A stretch of DNA of 64,000 bases from Phycisphaerae bacterium (GTDB taxonomy: Bacteria; Planctomycetota; Phycisphaerae; SM23-33), in NCBI GenBank assembly GCA_049510055.1, contig JBEKZI010000003.1:10576-74575 (forward strand). Direction: 5' to 3'. Below are positions 30,053 through 38,297 of the stretch, piece after piece (position 1 is the first letter of the stretch; every line of letters begins with the position of its first letter). The position numbers and the translations under genes are program-made. Under the pieces are notes generated by a model that saw nothing but the letters and a program-made list of their open reading frames with translations, made no database searches and was not told where the DNA came from.

Positions 30053-30784
30053 TCACGGATTCAGGAGCACGTCGGCCACCACGACCGCCGTGGCCGGACT
30101 TTTGGCCGTCGCGCTGGGATCCACGATTACAAAGGCACCGCCGCCGGTTGCGCTCAGCGCGCGGTCTAATGTTCCTTTATTGGGATTGCTGGGATCGCTG
30201 GAATCGCGGTCGATAATCTTGGCCCAACTGCCGTCGGCGGCCACGATGAGAGGGGAACCTATGGGCGCGATGGTTCCTAAAGCCGCCACGGTCACGCCAT
30301 TGGAGGTGGTCGTGCTAAAGGTGGTGGACAGGGCATTCACGATATTTGCGCTGGATTGCTTGTTGTAGGAGACGATCACAAGCTGGACCGGGCCACTGGG
30401 GTCAGCCGTATCCAGCCTTCGGCCTAGGACCACGAATCCTCGCGTGGCGGCGCCGGGCGCGCTGGGGTCGTAGAGGTAGTGTTGAAGCTCTCTATCAATG
30501 GGGGGACTAGCCATGCTTTCATCCACCACGCAAACGAGGGAGCCGGCCGTTTGGTTGATGGCGGAGTTGTGCAGCATCGTCTGGGCCACGGCCAGGCCGT
30601 TTTCGGCGACGATGGTGCCGATGGAATCCTGACCGGACTGCTCGTTGAGCCTGATGGCGGCGGGGAACAGGGCCGCGGCCATCGACAATCCGATGGCCAG
30701 GATGCCCAACGCCAGCAGCAACTCTATAAGGGAGAACGCCCGTCGCGCTCGATTCCGTCGGCCAATATGGCGTGCGCGTCTCAT
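30053..30784 (-). CDS. GspI-like pseudopilin
   Basis: 'RRA|FSLIELLLALGILAIGLSMAAALFP'. Confidence 0.55.
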   Translation of the reverse strand: MRRARHIGRRNRARRAFSLIELLLALGILAIGLSMAAALFPAAIRLNEQSGQDSIGTIVAENGLAVAQTMLHNSAINQTAGSLVCVVDESMASPPIDRELQHYLYDPSAPGAATRGFVVLGRRLDTADPSGPVQLVIVSYNKQSSANIVNALSTTFSTTTSNGVTVAALGTIAPIGSPLIVAADGSWAKIIDRDSSDPSNPNKGTLDRALSATGGGAFVIVDPSATAKSPATAVVVADVLLNP

Positions 30785-30788
30785 GGGC

Positions 30789-31544
30789 CTATCTCCCTAA
30801 AACCGTGCCGGTGTAAAGGTTGATGGCCAATAGCTGCCCGTAATTGGTCAGGTAGGTGGGCTTGTCGGTGGCCTTTAGGAACTTGTCATAGTCAAACAGC
30901 ACCGCCGCCTTGACGGAACTGTTGCAGGCGGAGTTATCGGCGTCGGAAGAATTCCACAGGTAAGCCCTGCTGGTCGTCGAGTTTGCAAAGCCGGCTGTTG
31001 TGTTGTCGAAAGTTATGGTCTTTCCGTCCTCCAATTGCCCATTGGACGCGAACACGAAGGTCAGAGTGGTGAAAAGATTCAGTTGGTTGGGGTCAGGACG
31101 GTAGTTTCCACCGGCCACACCGCCGAAGGCCATCGAGGCGGGCATTTTTTGGGGCGCATAGCCCTCGGCCAGGATGAAGCGATTGGGGTTGGCGCTGTCG
31201 TTGGGGTCATGCCAGATGATGGCCGAGAAGCACGTGTTGGTCAGGTTCTTGAGGTACGGGGCGTTGGTGTTGTTGGCGTCGGCCAGTTGGATGTGAACGC
31301 CGGCGTAGGTGCGGTTCTGGATAGCCACCATGCGTGCGGCGGCGAGTTGCCCGACCAGGAGGTTATAGGCCTGGGCGTCGGAACCGGCGGTGAACAGGCC
31401 GACGATGCTAGGCAGCACGACGGTCGCCATGAGGCCGATGATGAACAGCACCACCAGCAGCTCCACGAGGGTGAAAGCTTCGGCCCGCAGGCTGGGGCCC
31501 GAAGGAACCTTGGTCCATCGCATTGTCGTCGTACGTCCCGTCAT
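30789..31544 (-). CDS. GspH-like pseudopilin
   Basis: 'SGPSLRAEA|FTLVELLVVLFIIGLMATVVLP'. Confidence 0.55.
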   Translation of the reverse strand: MTGRTTTMRWTKVPSGPSLRAEAFTLVELLVVLFIIGLMATVVLPSIVGLFTAGSDAQAYNLLVGQLAAARMVAIQNRTYAGVHIQLADANNTNAPYLKNLTNTCFSAIIWHDPNDSANPNRFILAEGYAPQKMPASMAFGGVAGGNYRPDPNQLNLFTTLTFVFASNGQLEDGKTITFDNTTAGFANSTTSRAYLWNSSDADNSACNSSVKAAVLFDYDKFLKATDKPTYLTNYGQLLAINLYTGTVLGR

Positions 31545-31556
31545 GGTCCAACCGCC

Positions 31557-32096
31557 TCATTGACTTTCGTCCGAGCGAATATCGTCCTCGCCGTTGGGAT
31601 CGCCGGCGGATGTCCCGCCGAACTTTCCGTCCGGACCTTCGGAGATGACCACGGGCTTGCCGCCCAATCCGCCATTGGGGTCATAGTGCATGTCATGTCC
31701 CCAGGAATCCTTGACGGCGGAGTTCGAGTCGCCGGTCCAGGCATCTTTGGGCAGCTTCAGCAGTACGTCCGTAGCTGCTTTGGCGGCGGCGGCCTGAGCG
31801 CTAGGGTCTTTTCCAGTGAGGTAACGCATCAGGTCTATTCCGCTGTTATTGGGATCGGTAACAGGCGGATATCCTTGGGGGATGTTGGCGTCGTGGAAGG
31901 CCTGGATGGCCTGCATCAGGACCTTTTCGGTGGAGGCGGTTTCGCGAGAGGCGGCGGACTTCATCACGTATCCGGCCACGCCGGCGACGATGGCCGCCAG
32001 CACGCCCAGGATGAAGATCACCACCAGCACCTCGACAAGCGTGAATGCTTTGGTCGAGCGGCGGGCCGCCGCGTTATTTGTCCGAATGCTCCTCAC
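31557..32096 (-). CDS. gspG: GspG-type major pseudopilin
   Basis: 'STKA|FTLVEVLVVIFILGVLAAIV' and C-terminal 'ISEGPDGKFGG...DD' Ca-site-like motif. Confidence 0.75.
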   Translation of the reverse strand: MRSIRTNNAAARRSTKAFTLVEVLVVIFILGVLAAIVAGVAGYVMKSAASRETASTEKVLMQAIQAFHDANIPQGYPPVTDPNNSGIDLMRYLTGKDPSAQAAAAKAATDVLLKLPKDAWTGDSNSAVKDSWGHDMHYDPNGGLGGKPVVISEGPDGKFGGTSAGDPNGEDDIRSDESQ

Positions 32097-32120
32097 GTTC
32101 TCACCTCGCAGGTCCGCCGA

Positions 32121-32960
32121 TTACGGCAGTTGTGCGCTGGGATCGAAGTTGTCCACGTCGTCCGCCGTGCCGTACTTTTTGTCCGGCCCGGCCGAGATCA
32201 GTATGTAACTGTCGCTGTTGTATGGCTTGTAGGTGCCACCCGTAAGATTCGCTACTCGGTAGTCCTGAATATAAGCGGCAAATTTCCCACTATCGGCGAT
32301 GGGGTCACGCGAAGGAGTCAGGAAATGGGTGTTGTCCGATTCGACGTAGCTTCCGCTTGCATTGGGCTCAAAGTACAGCACGGGCCAGTTGAAGGCATCC
32401 ACGACAACAGGGGCAGAAGGATTTCCACCGCTCCCGTTCCAGCTAAAGTTCTTCAGTGTGTTGGGTGAGCTGATGGTGGTCTTGCTGATGTCGATGAACG
32501 GCCCAAAGCTTGGATCAGAAGTATTAGAATCATAAACATTGCCATTAGGGAAACCTTTCGTGCCCAACAGGTCCTGACCGGCCAGGGCCAACACAAGCGT
32601 TTGAGCCCCGTCGACGGCGACAGTGTTGAGCGTGCCGGTCGAAGGGGGGTATACCTTGCCGAGTTTCGTTTCGATCTTGTACATATCCAGGCCGGCGCTG
32701 AGGGTATGGATGAGGGCCTTGGAGGAGGTGGACTTGGCGAACGTACGCGCGTAGTCCAGGCTGGGGACCAGGATGCCGGCCAGAAGGATGATGATGGAAA
32801 TGACCACCAGAAGCTCCACGAGCGTGAAGCCTTTAGCCCTGAGGGGCCGACTCGAAGGGCCTTCGGCTCTGAGGTCTTCGACACTGAGCTCAGACGAAGT
32901 GCTCAGGCTCGAAGAGGCCGCGAGGCGAAGGGCGAAGCGTTTGTCGGTTTTAGACTTCAT
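32121..32960 (-). CDS. GspG-family pseudopilin paralog with 44-aa leader
   Basis: '...AEGPSSRPLRAKG|FTLVELLVVISIIILLAGILVP'; C-terminal 'ISAGPDKKYGTADDVDNF'. Confidence 0.7.
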   Translation of the reverse strand: MKSKTDKRFALRLAASSSLSTSSELSVEDLRAEGPSSRPLRAKGFTLVELLVVISIIILLAGILVPSLDYARTFAKSTSSKALIHTLSAGLDMYKIETKLGKVYPPSTGTLNTVAVDGAQTLVLALAGQDLLGTKGFPNGNVYDSNTSDPSFGPFIDISKTTISSPNTLKNFSWNGSGGNPSAPVVVDAFNWPVLYFEPNASGSYVESDNTHFLTPSRDPIADSGKFAAYIQDYRVANLTGGTYKPYNSDSYILISAGPDKKYGTADDVDNFDPSAQLP

Positions 32961-32972
32961 AAGTCACCTCCG

Positions 32973-33947
32973 CTATGGAAGCAGATTGTTCCCGGTAATG
33001 GGGAAGTTCGTGATGTCGTCCTGCGTGCCGAACAGTCCGTCCGGCCCCGCGGATATGAGCAGGTAGGATTTCGGATTCATCGGCTGGGCGGAACTGGTGA
33101 TAGCTGGATTGTGGATGAAGCCGTTGAAACCCGTTAAGCTTTTTCCATCTCCAAAGGTTACGGTGCCCGTGTTGGCGATCCAGTCGTCGGTCTTCTTGTT
33201 CCCCGTCCAGGTTTTGTAGAAGGGCAGGTTGTCGTTGTAGGCGTACTTGTTCATCCCTGTGTTGGCGTCCGTGGCCGCGTAGTACAGGACAGGCCTTCCG
33301 AAGTCGTCGATAATGGCGGGAATGTTGGGGTTGGCCTCCGTGGAGCCGACGTAAATATTTTGATTCGAACCGCTTGTGGTGAGGTTCTGGATGGTGGCCT
33401 TGCTCGTGTCGATGAAGGGGCCTTCCCGGGCCGTGTTGGGAGTGCCGGTGGTCAGATTGTAATAATTCTGAATTTGGTTGTTCGAGTTGATGCTCTCAAA
33501 CCCCGGCGGAGGCGGGCCAAGCAGGTCCGCTCCGGCCAGGCCCCAGACGAGCATCTGGGCGCCATACACCTTGGTGGGGTGGGCCTTGCTGGAATCCTGC
33601 CCAGCACCCGAATAGGGGTTTCCTCCCTCATCGGTGTCCCAATAGGAGGGGGGGTACGCATCGCCAAGGGACTGGTCGTTGCGGAACATTTCCAGGCCGC
33701 CGCTGATGGTCTTGATCAGGGTCGTGACGCGGGCCTTCCGCGCAAGCACTTTGGCCCCGTTGAGGGAAGGCATGATGATGGTGACCAGCAGGGCGATGAC
33801 GGCGATCACGACCAACAGTTCCACCAGGGTGAAAGCGTTAGCCCTGAGGGCTCGGATCGAAGGGCCCTCGGCCCAGATGCGGCGCGTCGAGGAGTTTTTT
33901 GCTGTTTGCGTTTTCATGGCTAGCACCTTTCGCATGAACGACCGCAT
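32973..33947 (-). CDS. GspG-family pseudopilin paralog with long leader
   Basis: '...AEGPSIRALRANA|FTLVELLVVIAVIALLVTIIMP'; C-terminal 'ISAGPDGLFGTQDDITNF'. Abuts the gspF stop. Confidence 0.7.
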   Translation of the reverse strand: MRSFMRKVLAMKTQTAKNSSTRRIWAEGPSIRALRANAFTLVELLVVIAVIALLVTIIMPSLNGAKVLARKARVTTLIKTISGGLEMFRNDQSLGDAYPPSYWDTDEGGNPYSGAGQDSSKAHPTKVYGAQMLVWGLAGADLLGPPPPGFESINSNNQIQNYYNLTTGTPNTAREGPFIDTSKATIQNLTTSGSNQNIYVGSTEANPNIPAIIDDFGRPVLYYAATDANTGMNKYAYNDNLPFYKTWTGNKKTDDWIANTGTVTFGDGKSLTGFNGFIHNPAITSSAQPMNPKSYLLISAGPDGLFGTQDDITNFPITGNNLLP

Positions 33948-35210
33948 TTATCTTCCAGTTCCAAGTCCTTGGATCATGGACACCAGGGGCATGAACAGGG
34001 CGATGACGATGGTGCCGATGATCAAGCCCAACATGATGATCATGACCGGTTCCAGCAGGTGGGTCAGGTTGCCCACGAGGCCGTCCACTTCTTCGTCGTA
34101 GGTGTCGGCGACCTTGTTGAGCATTTTGTCCAGTTCGCCGGTTTCCTCGCCCACGTCGATCATGTTGATCACCATGGGATCGACGATTCGGGCGACCCGC
34201 AGAGGGGCGGCGAAACTTTCGCCCTCGCGGATGCCCTCGCGGACCTTGCCCAGCGCCCGGGAGTACACGTCGTTTCCGGCGGTCTCGGCGGTGATGGTCA
34301 GCGCCTCCAGAATGGGCACGCCGGCCGCCAGCAGCGTTCCCAGCGTGCGGCTGAACCGCGCAATGGACGTCTTGCTGATGATCATGCCGAAGATGGGCAC
34401 GCGAAGCTTCAGAAGGTCCAGTATGTACCGTCCGCCTTGAGAGAACCGGATCAGCTTCAGGAGGACCACAACGAGCACGGGAATGCCCAAAAGGACCGCC
34501 CAGCCGCCTTTGACGACCCAATCGCTGGTGTTCAGGAGAAAGCTGGTGATGGCCGGAAGCTTAACGCCCATGCCTTGAAAGATGTCTTTGAACTTAGGGA
34601 TAACGAACGTCAGCATCATGCCCATGATGGCGCAGGCGAAGCTGATGACGGCGACCGGATAGATCATCGCGCCCTTGACCTTGCTCTTGAGGGATTGGCT
34701 TTTTTCCATGAAGTCGGCCAGGCGGAAGAGGATGGTGTCCAGCACGCCGCCCACCTCGCCGGCGCGAACCATGTTGGTGTACAAGCGGTCGAAAGCCTTG
34801 GGATGCCGCGCCATGGCCTCCGACAGCGTGGCGCCGCCTTCGACGTCGTCGGCCACGTAGCGGATGGCGATGCGCATCATGCCGGGCTTCTGCTGCTGCT
34901 CCAGAATGCGGAGGCTTCGCAGAATCGGCAGGCCCGCGTTGATCAGCGTGGACAGCTGTCGCGTGAACTGGGTGATCAATTTGGTGGACACGCCGCTGAC
35001 CTTACGGCGCTTGGCGCCGGGGGCCGCTGCCGCGGCAGCGGCGCGGCCTTTGCCGGCGGCGGCCTTCTTGGCGGTCTTTTCCTTGATCTTCGTGGGGAAG
35101 TTGCCCATCGCCCGGACCTTGGTGATGGCTTCTTCCGAGGACGCGGCGTTCACCTCGCCCTTGACGGACTGGCCCACGCTGTTCATGGCTTCGTACGTGT
35201 AAACGGGCAT
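33948..35210 (-). CDS. gspF: Type II secretion/type IV pilus platform protein GspF/PilC
   Basis: Two T2SF repeats; 'MPVYTYEAMNSVGQSVKGEV' start; three TM segments. Confidence 0.9.
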   Translation of the reverse strand: MPVYTYEAMNSVGQSVKGEVNAASSEEAITKVRAMGNFPTKIKEKTAKKAAAGKGRAAAAAAAPGAKRRKVSGVSTKLITQFTRQLSTLINAGLPILRSLRILEQQQKPGMMRIAIRYVADDVEGGATLSEAMARHPKAFDRLYTNMVRAGEVGGVLDTILFRLADFMEKSQSLKSKVKGAMIYPVAVISFACAIMGMMLTFVIPKFKDIFQGMGVKLPAITSFLLNTSDWVVKGGWAVLLGIPVLVVVLLKLIRFSQGGRYILDLLKLRVPIFGMIISKTSIARFSRTLGTLLAAGVPILEALTITAETAGNDVYSRALGKVREGIREGESFAAPLRVARIVDPMVINMIDVGEETGELDKMLNKVADTYDEEVDGLVGNLTHLLEPVMIIMLGLIIGTIVIALFMPLVSMIQGLGTGR

Positions 35211-35250
35211 GGCCGAACTCCTTTGTGGCAGTCGGGTCGCCGGAGCGGCC

Positions 35251-37017
35251 CTATTCTGTGTCCTCGTAAATGGTTTGCGAGACCACTTCCTCGATGGTCG
35301 TCAGACCGTCGTAGATGGCCAGCAAGCCGCTGTCGCGGAGGGTTCTCATACCCTTCTTGCGGGCGGCCTCGCGAAGCACGTTGGTGCTGCTGCGCTTCAT
35401 GATCAAGTCCCGTATGTGATCGTCCAACAGCATGATCTCGAAGATGGCCACCCGGCCGCTGTAACCGGTGCCGCGGCAGACGTCGCAGCGTCGCCCGTGG
35501 AAGAACGTCCTGCCGGCGACCTGGTCGGGCGTCAGGTTCAGCTCCATCAGCGCTTCCTCGGTCGGCATGTAGGTCTCCTTGCACCGCTGGCAAATCCGAC
35601 GCACGAGGCGCTGGGCGACGATGCCTTCCAGCGTCGCCGTCAACTTGAAGGGTTCCATGCCCAGGTCCAGCAGACGGGCGATGGTGGAGGGGGCGTCGTT
35701 GGTGTGCACGGTGGAGAACACCAGGTGCCCGGTCAGCGACGCCTGCACGGCGATTTCGCCAGTCTCCTGGTCGCGGACCTCGCCCACCAGCACGATGTCG
35801 GGGTCCTGCCGCAGGAAGTGCCTCAGGCAGCGGGCGAACGTCAAGCCGATGTCGTCCTTGATCTGGACCTGCACCAGACCGTCGATGTCGTACTCGACGG
35901 GATCCTCCGCCGTGAGGATTTTCACGCCGACGTCGTTCCGCTCGTTGAGGGCCGAGTACAGCGTGGTGGTTTTGCCCGAACCGGTCGGACCGGTGACGAT
36001 CACGATTCCGTTGGGCCGATTGATGAGCTGGCGGAACAGTCGAATGTCGTCTTCGCGCATGCCCAGACGGTCCAGCTCCAATTGCACCTGGGAGCGGTCC
36101 AGCACGCGAAGCACGATGCTTTCGCCGAACATGGTCGGCAACACGGCGACGCGCAGGTCCACGGGCGAGTTGTTGATCGTCAGCGGAATGCGACCGTCCT
36201 GCGGCATGCGGCGCTCGGCAATGTTCAGGTGAGACATGACCTTGATGCGCGACGCGATGGCCGCCGCGATGGATTTGGGAGGCGGCAGCATTTCGTACAG
36301 CAGGCCGTCGATGCGGTAACGCATCTTGAACTCGTCCTCGAACGGTTCGAAGTGGATGTCCGAGGCGCGGTCCTTGATGGCCTGCATGAGCACCATGTTC
36401 ACCAGCCGCTTGACGGGATTGGCCTCCGCGGCGCCGCGAAGGGTGTCCAGGTCGATGCTTTCCCCGCGGTTTTCCAGTTGCGACAGCTGCTCGTCGCCGA
36501 CGATCTCGTTGATCAACTCCCCGATGGACCCCATGGTGGTGGTGGCCTGGGTCTCTAAGCCGTAATGCTTGGCCAAGGCCGCTTCCAACTGTTCGCCGTC
36601 GGCGATGCGAGTCACGATCTCGAATCCCGTCAGCGTCCGCAGATCGTCCGCCGCACGAAAGTTGTCCGCCGAGGCCAGGGCGACCACCAACCGCTTGGTG
36701 GAAGGGATGAATTCCAACGGCAGGACCTTGTAGTTGTTGGCCATCTGAGGGGGGATGTGGGCGATGACGTCGGGAGGGATTTCCACAGACGACAGGTCGA
36801 CGTATTCCATGCCCGCCTGGAAACCCAGGGCCAGGTTGCGAGTCCTATCATCGATATATCCCAGGTCGACCAGAATTTGGCCGATAGGCCCCCCGCGCTG
36901 CTTTTGGACCTCGATGGCCTGGTTGACCTGGTCGCGGGTCACCTTGCCCATCTTCAGCAAGACCCGTCCCAGGACGCGCCCTTTCAGCTCTTTGACGTTG
37001 TAGGTTTCAACAGCCAT
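35251..37017 (-). CDS. GspE/PilB-family assembly ATPase with N-terminal T2SSE_N (MshEN-like) domain
   Basis: Walker A 'GPTGSGKTTT'; Asp/His boxes; tetracysteine 'CQRCK...CDVCRGTG'. Confidence 0.9.
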   Translation of the reverse strand: MAVETYNVKELKGRVLGRVLLKMGKVTRDQVNQAIEVQKQRGGPIGQILVDLGYIDDRTRNLALGFQAGMEYVDLSSVEIPPDVIAHIPPQMANNYKVLPLEFIPSTKRLVVALASADNFRAADDLRTLTGFEIVTRIADGEQLEAALAKHYGLETQATTTMGSIGELINEIVGDEQLSQLENRGESIDLDTLRGAAEANPVKRLVNMVLMQAIKDRASDIHFEPFEDEFKMRYRIDGLLYEMLPPPKSIAAAIASRIKVMSHLNIAERRMPQDGRIPLTINNSPVDLRVAVLPTMFGESIVLRVLDRSQVQLELDRLGMREDDIRLFRQLINRPNGIVIVTGPTGSGKTTTLYSALNERNDVGVKILTAEDPVEYDIDGLVQVQIKDDIGLTFARCLRHFLRQDPDIVLVGEVRDQETGEIAVQASLTGHLVFSTVHTNDAPSTIARLLDLGMEPFKLTATLEGIVAQRLVRRICQRCKETYMPTEEALMELNLTPDQVAGRTFFHGRRCDVCRGTGYSGRVAIFEIMLLDDHIRDLIMKRSSTNVLREAARKKGMRTLRDSGLLAIYDGLTTIEEVVSQTIYEDTE

Positions 37018-37038
37018 GGGTCTATAGCCTCAAGTGGG

Positions 37039-38178
37039 TTATTGCTCTTCCTTGGCTTCCTTGGCTTCCACCAGCGGTTTGCTCGACGGCGGCGGAATCG
37101 GTTTGCCGCTTTCCGTGGCCTCGATCTTTTCCTGGAGATCGCCGGGGTTCTGGCTGCGGTCGATGGCCTCGATCTTGTCTATCTTCCCCTCCGACCAGAG
37201 CCGGAAGAGGTGGTCGTCCAGCAGTTGCATGCCGTACTTTTTTCCAGTCTGAATGGAGGAGGGAATGCGGAAGACCTTGTTCTCGCGGATCAGGTTGGCC
37301 ACGGCGTTGGTGACGTACAGGAACTCAAAGGCCGCGACCATGCCCTTGATGTCGCAGCGGGGCATCAGGGCCTGGCACAGCACCGCGATGATCGACTCCG
37401 ACAACTGCACGCGGATCTGCTCCTGCTGGTTGGTGGGGAAGATGTCCACGATGCGCGTCACCGTCCGGTGGGCGGTGGTGGTGTGAAGCGTGCCGAACAC
37501 CAAGTGGCCGGTCTCGGCTGCACGAAGGGCCGCCTCGATCGTCTCCAGGTCGCGGAGTTCGCCCACCAGGATCACGTCGGGGTCCATACGCAGCACGCGC
37601 CGCAGCGCTTCGCTGAAGCTCGGCACGTCCGGGCCCACCTCGCGCTGATTGACCAGGGACTTCTTGTGATAGTGGTAATACTCGATAGGGTCTTCGATAG
37701 TGACGATGTGCCGGTCGAACGTCTCGTTGATGTAATTGATCATCGTCGCCAGCGTAGTGGTCTTTCCGGAACCCGTAGGCCCGGTCACCAGGAAGATCCC
37801 TCTGGGGCGGCGGCAGATGTTTTGGACGATTGGCGGCAGGCCGATTTGCTCGAACGTCAAGAGCTTGGAGGGAATCAGACGCAGGCAGATGGAGATGTTC
37901 CCGCGCTGCATGAACACCGACGTTCTGAATCGGCCCGCCGTGCCGAATTCAAAACCGAAGTCCGTGCCGCCTTGCTCCTGAAGTTCCTGCTGGTTTCGTT
38001 CCGGCGTGATGGACTTCATCAGGGCGATGGTGTCCTCCGGTTCCAAGGGCTTGGTCTCCAGCGAACGCAACCGCCCGTGCAGTCTAAGTGTCGGTGCGCG
38101 CCCGACATAGAGGTGCAAGTCACTGGCACCTCGTTTCACGCACGTTTCAAGCAGCCTGTCAATATGGATTGTGGACAT
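37039..38178 (-). CDS. pilT: PilT-type retraction ATPase
   Basis: 'MSTIHIDRLLETCVKRGASDLHL', 'GPTGSGKTTT', 'GHLVFGTLHT'; 379 aa with no N-terminal extension. Confidence 0.9.
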   Translation of the reverse strand: MSTIHIDRLLETCVKRGASDLHLYVGRAPTLRLHGRLRSLETKPLEPEDTIALMKSITPERNQQELQEQGGTDFGFEFGTAGRFRTSVFMQRGNISICLRLIPSKLLTFEQIGLPPIVQNICRRPRGIFLVTGPTGSGKTTTLATMINYINETFDRHIVTIEDPIEYYHYHKKSLVNQREVGPDVPSFSEALRRVLRMDPDVILVGELRDLETIEAALRAAETGHLVFGTLHTTTAHRTVTRIVDIFPTNQQEQIRVQLSESIIAVLCQALMPRCDIKGMVAAFEFLYVTNAVANLIRENKVFRIPSSIQTGKKYGMQLLDDHLFRLWSEGKIDKIEAIDRSQNPGDLQEKIEATESGKPIPPPSSKPLVEAKEAKEEQ

Positions 38179-38297
38179 CTGATCCTCTCCTGCTTATTAT
38201 TCGCCACTTACACTGTTTTCGGCAGAGTACCCCAAAAATTCCCTCGACTGTTCGTTAAATCTAACTTCATTTTAGGCATACTGTTACAGAAAAACTC

